From: Klebsormidium nitens
Taxonomy: Eukaryota > Plantae > Klebsormidiophyceae
DNA: 64,000 bases
Direction of reading: 5' to 3'
Assembly (NCBI GenBank): GCA_000708835.1
Contig: DF237222.1
Location: forward strand, 52,564 to 116,563
The position numbers and the translations under genes were made by a program. Every line of letters starts with the position of its first letter. The first letter of the stretch is position 1. Below are positions 1 through 11,949 of the stretch, one piece after another. The notes under the pieces are model-generated. The model ran no database searches. It saw nothing but the letters and a program-made list of their open reading frames with translations, and was not told where the DNA came from.

Positions 1-300
1 GGTATTCAGAAGGTGAGGAAGACAGCCGCTATCAAGAACTGCCCTGACGCCAGAGTCTATCCCGCACGCGAAGCTGCCGACCGCCGCTGCAGATTGGACG
101 AGGAGATTCGTCTCTGTGTCACTGGCAAGAATCTCAGCAACTCGGGGGACAGCGCCTAGCTTGATGTAGCAAAGCTTCTTCGACCTGTTTCCAATGATCT
201 GGTTCTTGACGTCGCGCAGCGCTTTCAGGCGCGCAGAGGTGTCCCCAGAGGACAGGTTTTCAACAATATCCTCCGGCCGAGAGCGAGCTGAGGCAGGCAT
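1..300 (-). CDS. ARMC8: ARMC8/GID5(Vid28)-like armadillo-repeat protein, 5' exon (runs off the window)
   Basis: ATG at 300 on the minus strand opens MPASARSRPEDIVENLSSGDTSARLKALRDVKNQIIGNRSKKLCYIKLGAVPRVAEILA...LLVQSAAAVGSFACG...AVLDSGCLPHLL with no stop to base 1. The LKALRxVKNQIIGNRxKK and QSAAAxGSFACG motifs match plant ARMC8. Absent from the ORF track because it is truncated. Confidence 0.88.
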   Translation of the reverse strand, partial: MPASARSRPEDIVENLSSGDTSARLKALRDVKNQIIGNRSKKLCYIKLGAVPRVAEILASDTETNLLVQSAAAVGSFACGIDSGVRAVLDSGCLPHLLNT

Positions 301-1416
301 CTTCTCTGCTGACGAGTCCAAGCCTGGGAGCAAGGCAATTCTCCTGACCTCCGGCTAGCTCAGGCTTTGCCTCGGCTCAGCTTCGCGCTCCAAGCATGCG
401 CCCTTGAAGTTGCAGGTAAAAGCTAGCTCAAAAGTTTCTTGCGAGTACTAAGAATCAGATTCTCTGCAACCTGGCTTTCTGTCTGGGGATCCCCAGTGGT
501 CGAATACCGATTATATCTAGAATGTTATACCAAACCATATATTGAGACGTGTGCTTGCTGAATTTGGAGCTAGCCTAAATTCCCTCTTATCTGGTGTCCA
601 AGTATGACAAATTTCAGGAAGGAGATTGTTCAATGAGCTGCTGAGAGAATATATCACGCATCTGTCCTCGTATGAACGTCAGCAGACATGGAAGTCCCAA
701 AATTGGTGATTTATCAGCTCACAAAGAAGCAGTCGTGACTGATGGTGGTGTTGGTGCGCCTTTCTTGCAGCAAGCTTTGCCAATGGGTGGCACCAGCATT
801 TGAGTTTCATTTAAGGCAATCCCCCTTTCTTACAGCTAAGAGGCCTAAGAACTGCGTGCCTCAAAGCATAAGAGTCTGCGCCGTTTTTCGATCCCAAGTT
901 TGGCGCCGTTTATACTAAGTATGTGATCAAGAGTTGAAGATGGTGTTCCCAGCAGTACAATCTACCAACATTTCTCGGTCCTCACAAGGGGGACACTCGA
1001 TCAGCCAACTCTGCGGTTCGTCTCAAGCGAAAGACAACATGAACCTCGCTAAAGTCTCGCAGGTTGGTGGTTTTTCTTCACATAGCTCGCTTCTTCAGCG
1101 CATATTGACACATGAATCCTGTGCAATACTGTTCAGCATTGCCTGATCAGCAGCTATGAAGAAAGTTTCGACGAAGCCCCACAACCTTGAGGGTGCTGAG
1201 CCCCTCATTCTGAGCCGATAGGATAGGTCACATGCGCTCTGCCCTAAGATTTGCTAAAAGCTTCTCTTTTGAAATTGTTTATGTAGAGGGAAAGAGAACT
1301 CAGATACTTTGAAACAGGAGTTTTAGGTGCTCCTGCTCCCATGCTGTCTTTTTGCAACAGTCATTCTCCTCTTCATCTGGTGCCTCCAACCATCTTCAAC
1401 AAAAGTTCCTCTCTTA

Positions 1417-4400
1417 ATGCAGGTCCAGTCAGCCAGCAAATGCCTCCACCAAGTGTTGCGTCTCGCCACTCTACAACGAGCCAACCTCAGAAGTCTCACG
1501 GTTCGGGCATCGGTGGCAGCTCCAGAGAGGAGACAAGAGTCAGTATCAAAGCAGTCTCCAGAAAGTCTGACCATAACCCAGCCCGATGACTGGCACCTCC
1601 ACTTGAGAGACGGGCCCGCCATGCAGTCGTGTGTGCAGCACTCTGCGGCGCAGTTTGGGCGGGCCATCATCATGCCAAACCTGAAACCCCCGGTCGTCAG
1701 CACAGGTAGGAAGCATTAGAGTCCCTATGTTCTGAGCTGGGAAGTCATCGGAATTTATTGACAATGCTACGAATTATCTGCTAGTTACCCTTGAGACGAA
1801 TTGACGCTCCAGAAAATGACTGATGAGCCCGGGGTGCTCAGTATTTGCGCTTTGAAATAGGGAAAACTGGAGCTGAAAGGCTTGTGTCCGGAAGCTGATG
1901 AGGGTGCTGGTTTCTGTCTTATGGAATTGGAAGTCACGTGAAGCTTTTCAAAGATTTGGTATTCTGATCTCCTCGCAGAAAAGCGTCACTTTGGTCCGGA
2001 ATCGGACTCGTGCGATTTCTACTTGTCGGACCGCTTGCGGTCTGGATACAACCAGGCTCCTCAGTAAAGAAGCCTTGAAAAAAGATCTGTAGAAGGTCCT
2101 TGCCCTCAGAGTTCGTAAGTTTGCAAGACTCGATAAGATAATCGATATGGCCTCTTCCAATATCTCTTCTAAAACGATTGCCACCGGTCAGAAAAGATAC
2201 TCGATCTGAGATTGACCTAATTCGCATGCGCTCTTACAGAGGACGCCATCCAGTACCGCCAGCGCATCCTGAGCGCGCTCCCAAAGGACACCCCTTTCCA
2301 GCCGCTGATGACCCTCTACCTGACCGACAAAACGACTGCCGACGAGATCCGGAAAGCAAAGGAGAGCGGGATCGTGTACGCGGTTAAGCTGTACCCCGCG
2401 GGCGCTACGACGAACTCTGCGGCGGGGGTTACGAGCCTCGACAAATGCATGGCGGCGTTAGAGGCGATGGTGGAACACGGTCTTCCGCTGCTGGTGAGTA
2501 GGATCGCAGAGCTTTTGTGACGACAAAGAAGAACTGCGGCCTATTTGCAGTGGCTTTATGCCGCTGATGTCGAGCGATTTTGCAAGGAGGTTACGCTCTG
2601 AGCTTTGAATCAAGCATCGTACTCAACTGGTGTAAGTAGTTTATCTTTCGACATTCCAAAAATGAGCGTATCAGTTGTACATGCATCAATGCCATGCTTC
2701 TCCAGAAGGAACGCATAACTAAATCGCAACACGAACTCAGTCAAGTTTCAAAGCCACTCCGAATCATCCGAACCGTTCTGGACCTGAGGAGAAAGCATCG
2801 TTGCTTTGAGCGCATTCTTCTCGATCGTGGCTCCCCTCCTTTTGACCACACACTCTGAAATCAATTCATCCTTGTGAGATGGAATATATTTGAAGTCTTC
2901 TTGTGGCCTCGCCAGTGCATGGCTGCATCAACGAGCCGCTCGTCAACAGCGACGACTAAAATGCTTCTGTTTCAGTAATAGGTCTTTGCTTTTGTGGGGC
3001 AACTGCAGTCATTGCAAACTTTCCGATTCCATGCTGCAAAATATTCGAATACAGAAAACAGCCTAGCGCTTAGGTCTCCGCTTCAGCTACAAGCGGCATA
3101 AGGCGGACCTTCCTGCCAACATCTTCGATCGCAAGTCCCTCTTCCCAGAGCCTGATCGAATCCGTTTGAGGACAGAGACAATTACTGATGCACTGGGATG
3201 CCTACCGTTCGAGAAGGTTTGCAATAGCTTCGTGAAAGCCCACCTCAGGTGCATGGCGAAGTCACCGGCCCTTACCACAATTGTCACCCATGAGCGCTTT
3301 TCTTTGGACCGCCTTCATCACTCCCTCTGCACTCAACAACTTTTCAGGTTTGGAACTTTTACTTTGAGACGCCAACCCTCGCATACCTCGTTCAAAGCCG
3401 AGCGTTCGATAACCTCATCAGAAGCTAATCGACTAGGACCCATCGACTTCAGTGATTGACCTCACTACTGAACTGCCAACGTCGTTCTTCCGTCTGAATT
3501 ACCCTTTTGGCCTCACAAAAAGACTGAACTTTTTCCAGGTATGTGGGGAAGTCACCGACCCTTCGGTCACATCTTCGTTCGCAAGCGCCTCTTTCCGGAC
3601 CGCCTCCGTGACCTTCCTCCGCAATCGGTATACAATACACTCTTACCGATGCCATTTTTTGAAAGGCCGACTTTTTGAAAGTGTTCGTCAAAGTTTGTGG
3701 ACCCCCCTCCTTATCCAGGAAGGTACCTTTTTCAGGTACATGGGAAGGTCACTGACCCTTCCGTCGACATCTACGGCCGCAAGCGCCTCTTTGGACCGCT
3801 TTCATCACCATCTTCGCACTTTTAATGATTGCAGATTCATACGGTACACTGACGCCAAAGCTGAGACGCCGACTTCGTTAAAATACTTTCTCAAATCCCC
3901 TTTTTCGAGGTACATGGCGAGGTCATCGACCCTTCCGTCGACATCTTCGACCGCGAGCGCCTCTTTCTCGACCGTTGTCATCACCCTCTTCGCACACAAT
4001 AAAATCGCAGTCTCATAAATATACCGACGCCATATTCGAGACGCCGACTTCGTGAAAATCTCTTCCCCTCCGCAGGTACATGGCGAAGTAACCGATCCTT
4101 CCGTCGACATCTTCGACCGGGAGCGCCTCTTTTTGGACCGCGTCCTCGCCCCCCTGCTCGCCCGCCTACCCGACCTCCGTTGCGTCGTCGAGCACGCGAC
4201 CACCAAGGAAGCCGTCGAATTTGTTCGCTCCCAGGACGCAACTAGAGTGGGCGCGACCGTGACGCCGCAGCACTTGCTGCTGAACCGCAACGCGCTCTTC
4301 CAGGGGGGCGTTCGCCCGCACCACTTCTGCCTACCCATCCTGAAGCGGGAAGAGCACCGTGAGCGAATCGTTTCGTCATTCAGTTTGCTTTTGCGCTTGT

Positions 4401-5874
4401 TGTTTGGGGCTTCTCATCCAGTGTGGGCGTTTCGCTGCTCTTTCATCCAACTGTCCTCAAGCGGGAGGAGCACTGGCAGCTTTCGTGCTCCTCTGCAAGT
4501 CCTCCGCTTTCACCCACTGCCCACTCTGAGACTTGAAAGCTCAGAGCAGCTTTTAGGAGAAGAGAAGAGCCCTTGACGAGCAGAATTGTCAGAAAGCATT
4601 TTTCCGACATTCTTTCCGACAGTGCAGAGCTGTGCCGTGCTTTTCGGGGCAATCTTTTGTCTCGTCGCCGTTCGCTGTCTCGCTCTTTTGTAAACGGGAG
4701 CACCATGAGAAGCCATCCAACGCTTCTTGGTGAGTTTCTACCCTTTCTGGCCCCTTTTCCGCCGTCTTGCAAATCATCGTTGTTTCCTGCCGCTTGTGCC
4801 GACGCGTGCTGACGTGTGCTTACGTGTGCAGGGGAGGCCCTCCTCGGTGCGGTCACCTCGGGCAGCCCGCAATTCTTCCTGGGCACCGACAGCGCGCCGC
4901 ACGAGCGCGGCACCAAAGAGGCGCCCTGCGGTTGCGCGGGCTGCTTCTCCGCACACGCAGCGCTGGAGTTGTATGCTACCGCCTTCGAGGAGGTGGGTTC
5001 GACTAACCGAAATTGACACATGGAGAGCGGTGAAGAAAGTTTTGCGAATGATATGTAGATTTGATATCGTTGTAAGGGCTGTGAACAGATTGTGATTGCT
5101 TATACTATATTACCCAGGGGTCCTGTCCGGGAGCAGAGCGTCCCTTTTTCCCTGTCTTCACTTTCTTCCTTCCAGGATATTGTCAACTTCTCTTGAATCT
5201 TTGTGGCTTTTGTTCCTGGAATTGTGTCACTCGGCTCTGTAGCCCAATCCATCGCTGCAGTGGAGGCGATTGGACACGCTTGAGCTCTACGTACTGATTC
5301 AATGTAGCTACTCATTTTTGCCTCTTCGTGGTTTTCTCCTGATACCTGGGTCCTGAGGAAGCGTGAGGGTCGAGGAAGCTCCTTAGTCCGGTTTTCAATT
5401 TTCAGATCTGAACCAAAAGGAACATGTCAGCACGAAAAGCTATCATTGACACGCTGCGTGGTGCCAAGCCGTGTGATTTGCTACAAACCAGGTGCTGCGG
5501 CCGACTCCTCTCGCAGACAACGGCCTTTCCGAACACCGGCTCTTTTATTGTCGATGGCGTATGCCTTCCCCTTGGAACGCGCATGTCAGTCTTTCAACCC
5601 ATTTTGTACATGCGGTTCTGAGACTTTTTCCAAGAGCGTTTCAACCCAGTTCTCATCCGCTGTCCGTCTGTTGCAGGTCGGCGCTCTCGACAAGCTCGAG
5701 GGCTTTGCGTCCTTCTTCGGCCCGGACTTTTACCGCCTTCCCCGAAATAGCAAAAAGGTCACACTTAGGAGGCAAACTTGGACAGTGCCGGATGAGTATC
5801 CGTTTGCCACTGGCACGGTGGTTCCGCTGTTTGCAGGCCGAGAACTTGGCTGGTCTCTGCAACAAAGTACTTGA
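1417..5874 (+). CDS. PYR4: Dihydroorotase, homodimeric (PyrC-type), with N-terminal transit peptide; 5 exons
   Basis: Exons 1417-1705, 2240-2493, 4076-4358, 4832-4992, 5677-5874 (1185 nt, GT-AG introns). Motifs: [77 protein letters not shown]. The start is uncertain: ATG 1417 overlaps an acceptor-like TGCAG. Confidence 0.95.
3290..4130 (+). repeat. Tandem decayed copies of the dihydroorotase intron2/exon3 junction
   Basis: Copies begin after AG at 3348, 3539, 3736 and 3910; the functional exon starts at 4076. Example: GTACATGGCGAGGTCATCGACCCTTCCGTCGACATCTTCGACCGCGAGCGCCTCTTT versus the exon GTACATGGCGAAGTAACCGATCCTTCCGTCGACATCTTCGACCGGGAGCGCCTCTTT. Confidence 0.92.
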
Positions 5875-6874
5875 CCTTACGTGCTTCCGGCACGCGAGCA
5901 TCCTTGTATTTGTGCGTCCGTGACTGGCCCTGAAATACGTCTTATGCATGAGAAGCCTTGAGGCCAGCCGGGCCCTCGCTGCCGCAAACACATGCCTCGC
6001 TGCCTTGATCAAATCGGCATCATGATTGTGTCTCCCATTTCGAGTTTGTCGAACAGGCACATGCACGCCTAACCTTGATCGAATGTCGTGCCACAAGGCG
6101 TCGCTGCTGCATGCAGCCTCGTAACGTCCGTAACCTAATGCAAGCAAACCGGATGCCACCAAACATTGCAACGACTATGAGCCTTCATCAAACTATAGCA
6201 TGCAATCCTGTCTAATCCACCCCCCTAGCCGATGAATGTTGACCACATTGACGAATGTGGACAACAGCCGTCAATCTGGTAAACATAGACACATAGAAAC
6301 TCGATGATTTGCGTCACTGATATTGTCACGAACACGCGTGAAGTGGTTGAGATTTCAGTTACTGCTTTCAGAACAACCGCGCGACTTCGTTGAACGTACT
6401 GAGCAGCGGTTTTCTCAGGAGAAGCGTTTACAGATACTGACACCGCTGTACTTAGAATCCAACATCTCGAAGCAACAAAACGCGATTCAATATAAGCCAT
6501 AATAATGCGAGGATCAATCAGTGTTCATATCTGCAGTGTTTGTCGTGCCTACGTATGTGCACATTGATTATCTTTAAATCGGTCACATGTCTAGTTTACC
6601 GGAGGGAAACTGATGCTTCCTTCTTGCCCCGTCCCTATGCGTTAGTAATGTTCCACCGGGTCAGCTCCAGCTTTCTCATAAGACAACGCAATGCTTTCTG
6701 CATGCAAGTGTTTATTAAAGCCGTCATGGTTTTCTGGCAACACCTTCGGTGTCCCAACCTAAAACTTTCTATGGACTCGAAGTCAACACTTTCTTCGTAA
6801 GGTTTCGCCTTTAAGAACCTGAAAGATTGCAAAACTTTGACGGCTGTTTATGTATGTACGATCCTACACGCACC

Positions 6875-9779
6875 CTAAGCTACAACACGCACACCCCCTA
6901 CAGTTGAACGGCTCATCAGCGGTCGCTCTGCTGCTACGACTGCTTTAAGGGTGGCGGAATTCGGTGAGACTGCCCCCAAGGGTGTCGTCGTATCCGTTCC
7001 GTAGATCTCGTGCCACTTCTTGGCAAGTTCCTGGACGGCTGGGTGGTCCATGTTGGGCTTACTGGGGTCGAAGCGCCAAGGCTTGGAACCGGCAACGCAG
7101 TAGTGAACCATCTGCAGGGAGAAGAGCATTGCCATGTCAGTCCGGAACTCAGTAAAACTCAAACATCGAAATGGCAGAAACCTTCGCTTCGACCATACAC
7201 TGTTCAGAAGATCCGCGAGCTCAAAACTTTGAGCTTTACTATCAATGAAAGAGCTGCAGGCTCGATAAAATGTTGGAAAATTCTGCTCGCGAATGTCCTC
7301 AGCAATTGCTGGTAGGAAGAATATCACACTCGCTACATCAGCAACGCCTACGGTTGCAGTTGGACCATTCCTTGAGAGCATAAGAAGCTGGGGGAGTAAG
7401 TACATTTTGAACACGCTGCCGAGCATGAGGTCGACAGTATAAGACTTCTGGCTTGCAGCAATGCGAAGACCAGCCAGTAACGTCTTGAATGCAGCCAGCC
7501 TGAATTGCCTGTTGTGTGCTCGAAAAGGATGTGCAAACTGCTTACCTCAGCAGTCTCCACGGAGACCTTGGTGGGGTGGTTCCAAAAGTTGCAAAGCATC
7601 AGGTTGTTTGCCAGCGGAAGGATCCTGCAAGATCACGTATCGGGTCTTGAGATAGAGTCTCAGAGCACCTAGAGTCTAAGATTCAAGTGACTCCAGCTCA
7701 CATTGTGTCAAATATGTGGCACTACAATTTTGATACTGCTCCTCGGATCACAAAGCCTGTAAGAGACGTCCACGAGAGGGACATCTCTAGATGGCATGCA
7801 TCATGACACTTCAAGGACAGGTTTAGCTCTGAACGGAAACCCTTGTCCAATCTAAATGACTTCCCAGCGTTCAGTCCAACATTCCATATCCGCGCGTCTA
7901 ACACAGAATCCGGCCCTGTGACAGGAGCATAAACAAAGTCCAACGTTACTCACTTGATGCGGCCCTCGAAATAGTGGTTCAAGTAGTCCTGCTCTGCCAG
8001 GCCCGTCGGTGGGAACTCCCACAGCTTTGCGACCAAGTCCTTGGCAACTTTCTGATTGGGCATGAGCATGAAGAAGCCGGCGTTGATGTAGGGCGCTGGA
8101 ACGGGCTTCCCATCAGGGAAGGTCCAGGGAGCACGTGAAGGCTCGATCTGGCAGTACTTGGTGTTGCAGAGGCGGTAGTGGAACTTGTAGCCCTCGCACG
8201 TGCAGTCTTGGACACCTGACAGAGACAGAGATGGGAACCTTCAGTGACTGAGTGGAATGATGGGGACTTTAGAGAGGGACTTGACTTCAGAGATGGATTT
8301 ACTGCAGATTTGTCCGAAATTCTACATGCAAAGTTGCTGCTCTGTGTTGGGTAACTTGACGTGTGGCTACAAGCGCGTCTGATCTGGCAGCTTCCGCAAT
8401 CCCTCAATCTGCGCTGGATACGACCTGAGGCCAAATACAACCAAAGATCAGAGATGGTTGTTCAGATTCTGCGACACGGAATAGTGTATGGAGGCGCGAA
8501 ACCTGTTGGCCAGCTAAGTAGGACGCATCTGCAAAGCGTGGGAGAGTCAGTCGGGCAGAGAATGTCATACCTGCAATCTCAGAAGGGCTGTCAATCAGAT
8601 CGAACAGGTGATCACGATTCTTGAGCACAATGGTATCTGCATCCAAGTAACAGAGCTTGGTAAACTCTGTGAGCTCCCAGAAGCGCAGCTTCTTATACTG
8701 CGTGATGTAGTATGGCTGCAGATACTTGTCAGGTGTGTAGCTCTCAGGTAGCGCCACGTCCTGCAGACAAAGGACAATTAACATCCAATTCAGGCTTCAT
8801 ATAATTCACCTGTTCCTCAACAAATCCATTTGGTTGTTGTTCAAAACAATCATTTCGTCACTGAGTGCCGCAGGCTGCTCCTTCTTAAAACTTTGATTTG
8901 CTTCTGAAAGCACAGCTGCATCAATCAAACACTTTGTTCTACCATGAGATCTGCTACTCTACAAGGTAGATGTCGTATATTCCCAGGGTAGAACAAAAAG
9001 AAAGAAGAAGATGAAGATGAACAAAAAGAAAGAGAAAGAAACAACTAAAGAACATTCTGGTTGCCTCTCAAATGAATAAACAAACACCTGAAAAGAATCT
9101 GGTTGCCTCTCAAATGGGGAAACACACCACTGAATGAAGATATGTAGACAATGTACCTAGACAATGTCTTTCTTTGAGAAAGAAAGCAGCCAAGGATCAC
9201 ACCCCGTCGAGTGGTCAGATACTACACAGATCTGTAACTTACATCTCGGTACAGCGACTCTCTGTTCCCTCAGGAATTCAGGCCTATCAGCCATATGCAA
9301 CCCTCAAGACAGCAATGTTTGCTGTCCATGATAGTGGACCTGGCAAACAAAGATCGTCAGGCAACCACCTCATCAAGCTGAGGCAACCGATTACTGTGTT
9401 GTCTGGCCCAGGCTGAGTGATCAGACACCTGAACAAACAATTGTGTCACACACGGAATCTAGAGGGTTGTAAACCAGACTAGAGCATTTGCAGTGTTCTT
9501 GAACTACTTCCAAACAGTTGACAACTTTCTCCTCACCTCAATCTCGCGAATAAGGCAACCATGGGACGACAGCAGCGTCCTCAGCTTCACTGGCACCTCC
9601 TTTGTGACTGCAACCACCAGGGGGTACCTGCTCCCTACCAGCTGCAGGCTCTTGTGCAGAGCCAGGGCTCCTTTCCAGTAATCAGACCCGTCCACCAGGA
9701 AAGTGAGGTAGGCATACCGCGGTTTGGGCTTGGTGATCAGGGAGTCACTTACACTGCAGTACCTGCGCGCAGGAGACAT
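6875..9779 (-). CDS. Glycosyltransferase family 8, galactinol synthase-like; 5 exons
   Basis: Exons 9779-9537, 8760-8571, 8215-7954, 7624-7546, 7111-6875 (1011 nt). The product has AYLTFL..DYWKG, YPLVVAV, GCLIREIE, KLRFWE, YLDAD (DxD), DHLFDL, DCTCE, YINAGFF, PPTGLAEQDYLN, HYCVAGSKPW and KKWHEIY, colinear with plant GolS. Confidence 0.88.
8995..9128. repeat. A/G-rich simple repeat plus a short direct repeat in GolS-like intron 1
   Basis: AAG/AAAG-rich tract at 8995-9050; TCTGGTTGCCTCTCAAATG occurs twice (~9056 and ~9098). Confidence 0.7.
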
Positions 9780-11949
9780 TCTCGCGGCTGCGCTGGTTTG
9801 CAAGCTTGCGCCTTTGGTGGTGGAAGGGTGCGCAGGAGACAATGCTGAGCGCTGAGCGTGATTGTGATAAGCAGGATCGGTGAACGCTTGTAAGCTGACT
9901 GTCTGATGGAATGGAATGCTGTGGTTTGAGGCTATAAGTCTTATGTTCGCAAAAGCGAGTGAGGTGCTTTCGGCTTTCCTCACCAATCAAGGCCTGGACT
10001 TTAGGCCCCAGCATGTGCAGGTATACTTACTACATATACAATACAATATATCAGTCGTCCACGCTTTAATCAAGTGTTTCCACACGGACATGCTCGAGAA
10101 GTCGGAACTGTGAGATCCCAAGATCCTCTCTCAGTCTGTGAGGCTTTCAAAACGCGACAGCTCAGCTTGAGGCCGAGAAGCATTGCTCGAGAAGCTTCGG
10201 ATGCATGATCCGCAGCTGTCAGAGCCTCTGATTTGGGACGGCTGCGATGCGAGGAGAGTTTCAGCATGCACACCATCCTGCACTGCAAGCACGTGAAAGT
10301 TTGCCCACCAGGATTCATCCTTGCTTCTGAGCCACAAGATCCTCGGAAGTACGCGACCATTTTCATGTGATGAAGCTTGGCCAGGTGGCACGACTCGAGC
10401 CACAAATGCATGCTTCTCGATGTTTTGGTTCGGCCGCGAGGCCTTTCACTGTCAGCCGCCCGATTTTGACCCCGTGTCCAGAGGTATGTGGTGCTAAGTT
10501 ACCGTCGATCTTCCCAAAGAGGCCCTATCAATGGTTCTCCTTTGAAGGGATCCCCCTCATTCCCTCGAGCTTGGAAGGTGGAAAGGTGCGACGCGCGTCC
10601 TCCTTTTGCGCCGAGGGGGCGAAGAGTCCGCTCTGCATCTACGGTACACATACATGCAATCGATTGCCCACTTTCCGGCGGCAGCTACCAGGTCTTTCCG
10701 CTGCATCTATAGTACCCAACCGATGCCCAACTCTTCCATGCAACCCACTATCCAAAAACTCCTCTAGAACTTGATATGGAGATGATGGGCTTTGACTTAT
10801 CGGAACCAATAGATGCTCGCTCAATAGCGTTGACAGCCAGCAATGTCATGCTTGGTAAGGCAGCAGCGGAAGATTCTGACCTGCAACTAGGCGTCAAAAG
10901 GTCATCAACTTGCACATCATGATGGGATGCCGATGGCAAATCAGATATAAGAGTGCAAGCCGCCGAGCCAATACTGTTGCGCGGGACCGTTGCTTTTTCA
11001 AAACCTCCGCCCTTTCTACTAACATTAGAACCTTTGAAAAATGGTCAGACATGGTCCATCAAGCCTGCAGCCAGCAGCCAAAATATCTTTCCAAAAGCTG
11101 CATCCAAATCTTCATGGAAGAGCTTCACATCGTGCGCTCTCATGGGCCGCCTTCTTGTCTCATTTGGACATGATTGTCTGCTTACACATTTGTTGCGTAT
11201 GTGTTTGTAGCTTGCCTGGTTTTCAAATGCTATAGTCTATGCTCGGCCTACCAAATGCTTTTAGTGGTAATCAAGCCGTCAGCATTGCATGATAGAGTAT
11301 CAGACTTCGAATCAGTTGACATGAAGGCATAAATCTGACACCTTTTGATTGATATGGTACAGAATCTACAGCTCTGGCCCATGAACTCTTGCATAATCGT
11401 TCAACCTAACATCTCGCTATCATGTCCATGGAGCCACGTCCTTGAGACCGATAAGGCGTTGACATCCTTTCAGTCCGGTTGCTATCAGATCGGATCACAA
11501 AAGCTACCGTCAATTCCGCATATGCTTGCTTGTATAGCGCCAACATTCAAGCTGCATTTAGATCCTATGCTTGGTGGGAATAGACCGACCTACTAAGGCG
11601 GCTGAGCCACTGTAAGTGTTGTCTATCTGAACATATCGACTGACGTGATTACTTTTAGAAAGGTTCATGTGGTAAAATGCAGACAAAGCTGATGCAACAC
11701 CTCAGTGCTTTGACATGGGAGAACGCTCAAACGAAGCGCCCGACCTTTACTGCTTAATATTCCTATACGGAAACAACATCTGTGCACCTGGGCTTGGGGT
11801 TGGAGCATCTTACTATGTTCAACCTGAGTAGCCGTCCGAAAGCCTTGCCATCAAAGATACCTCCCCTTTACGGTGGCTTTCTAGATATAACGTCATTGCA
11901 TGCGCGCATACTTGCAAGCGGCAGGAGTCTGAGCATACTTTCAGAGAGC

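Noticed and set aside
3452-4018. 188-aa ORF in dihydroorotase intron 2
   Set aside because: It runs through the echo repeats out of frame with the enzyme and has no independent coding signature.
3805-5021. Long minus-strand ORFs opposite dihydroorotase exons (and similar antisense ORFs over the CysRS and CDC73 exons)
   Set aside because: These are shadow ORFs caused by high GC3 on the coding strand.
10000-11900. Possible plus-strand exon (LDMEMMGFDL...VML|GTAAG near 10770-10855) between the GolS-like and WAV2 genes
   Set aside because: I could not link it to other exons or recognise a product.
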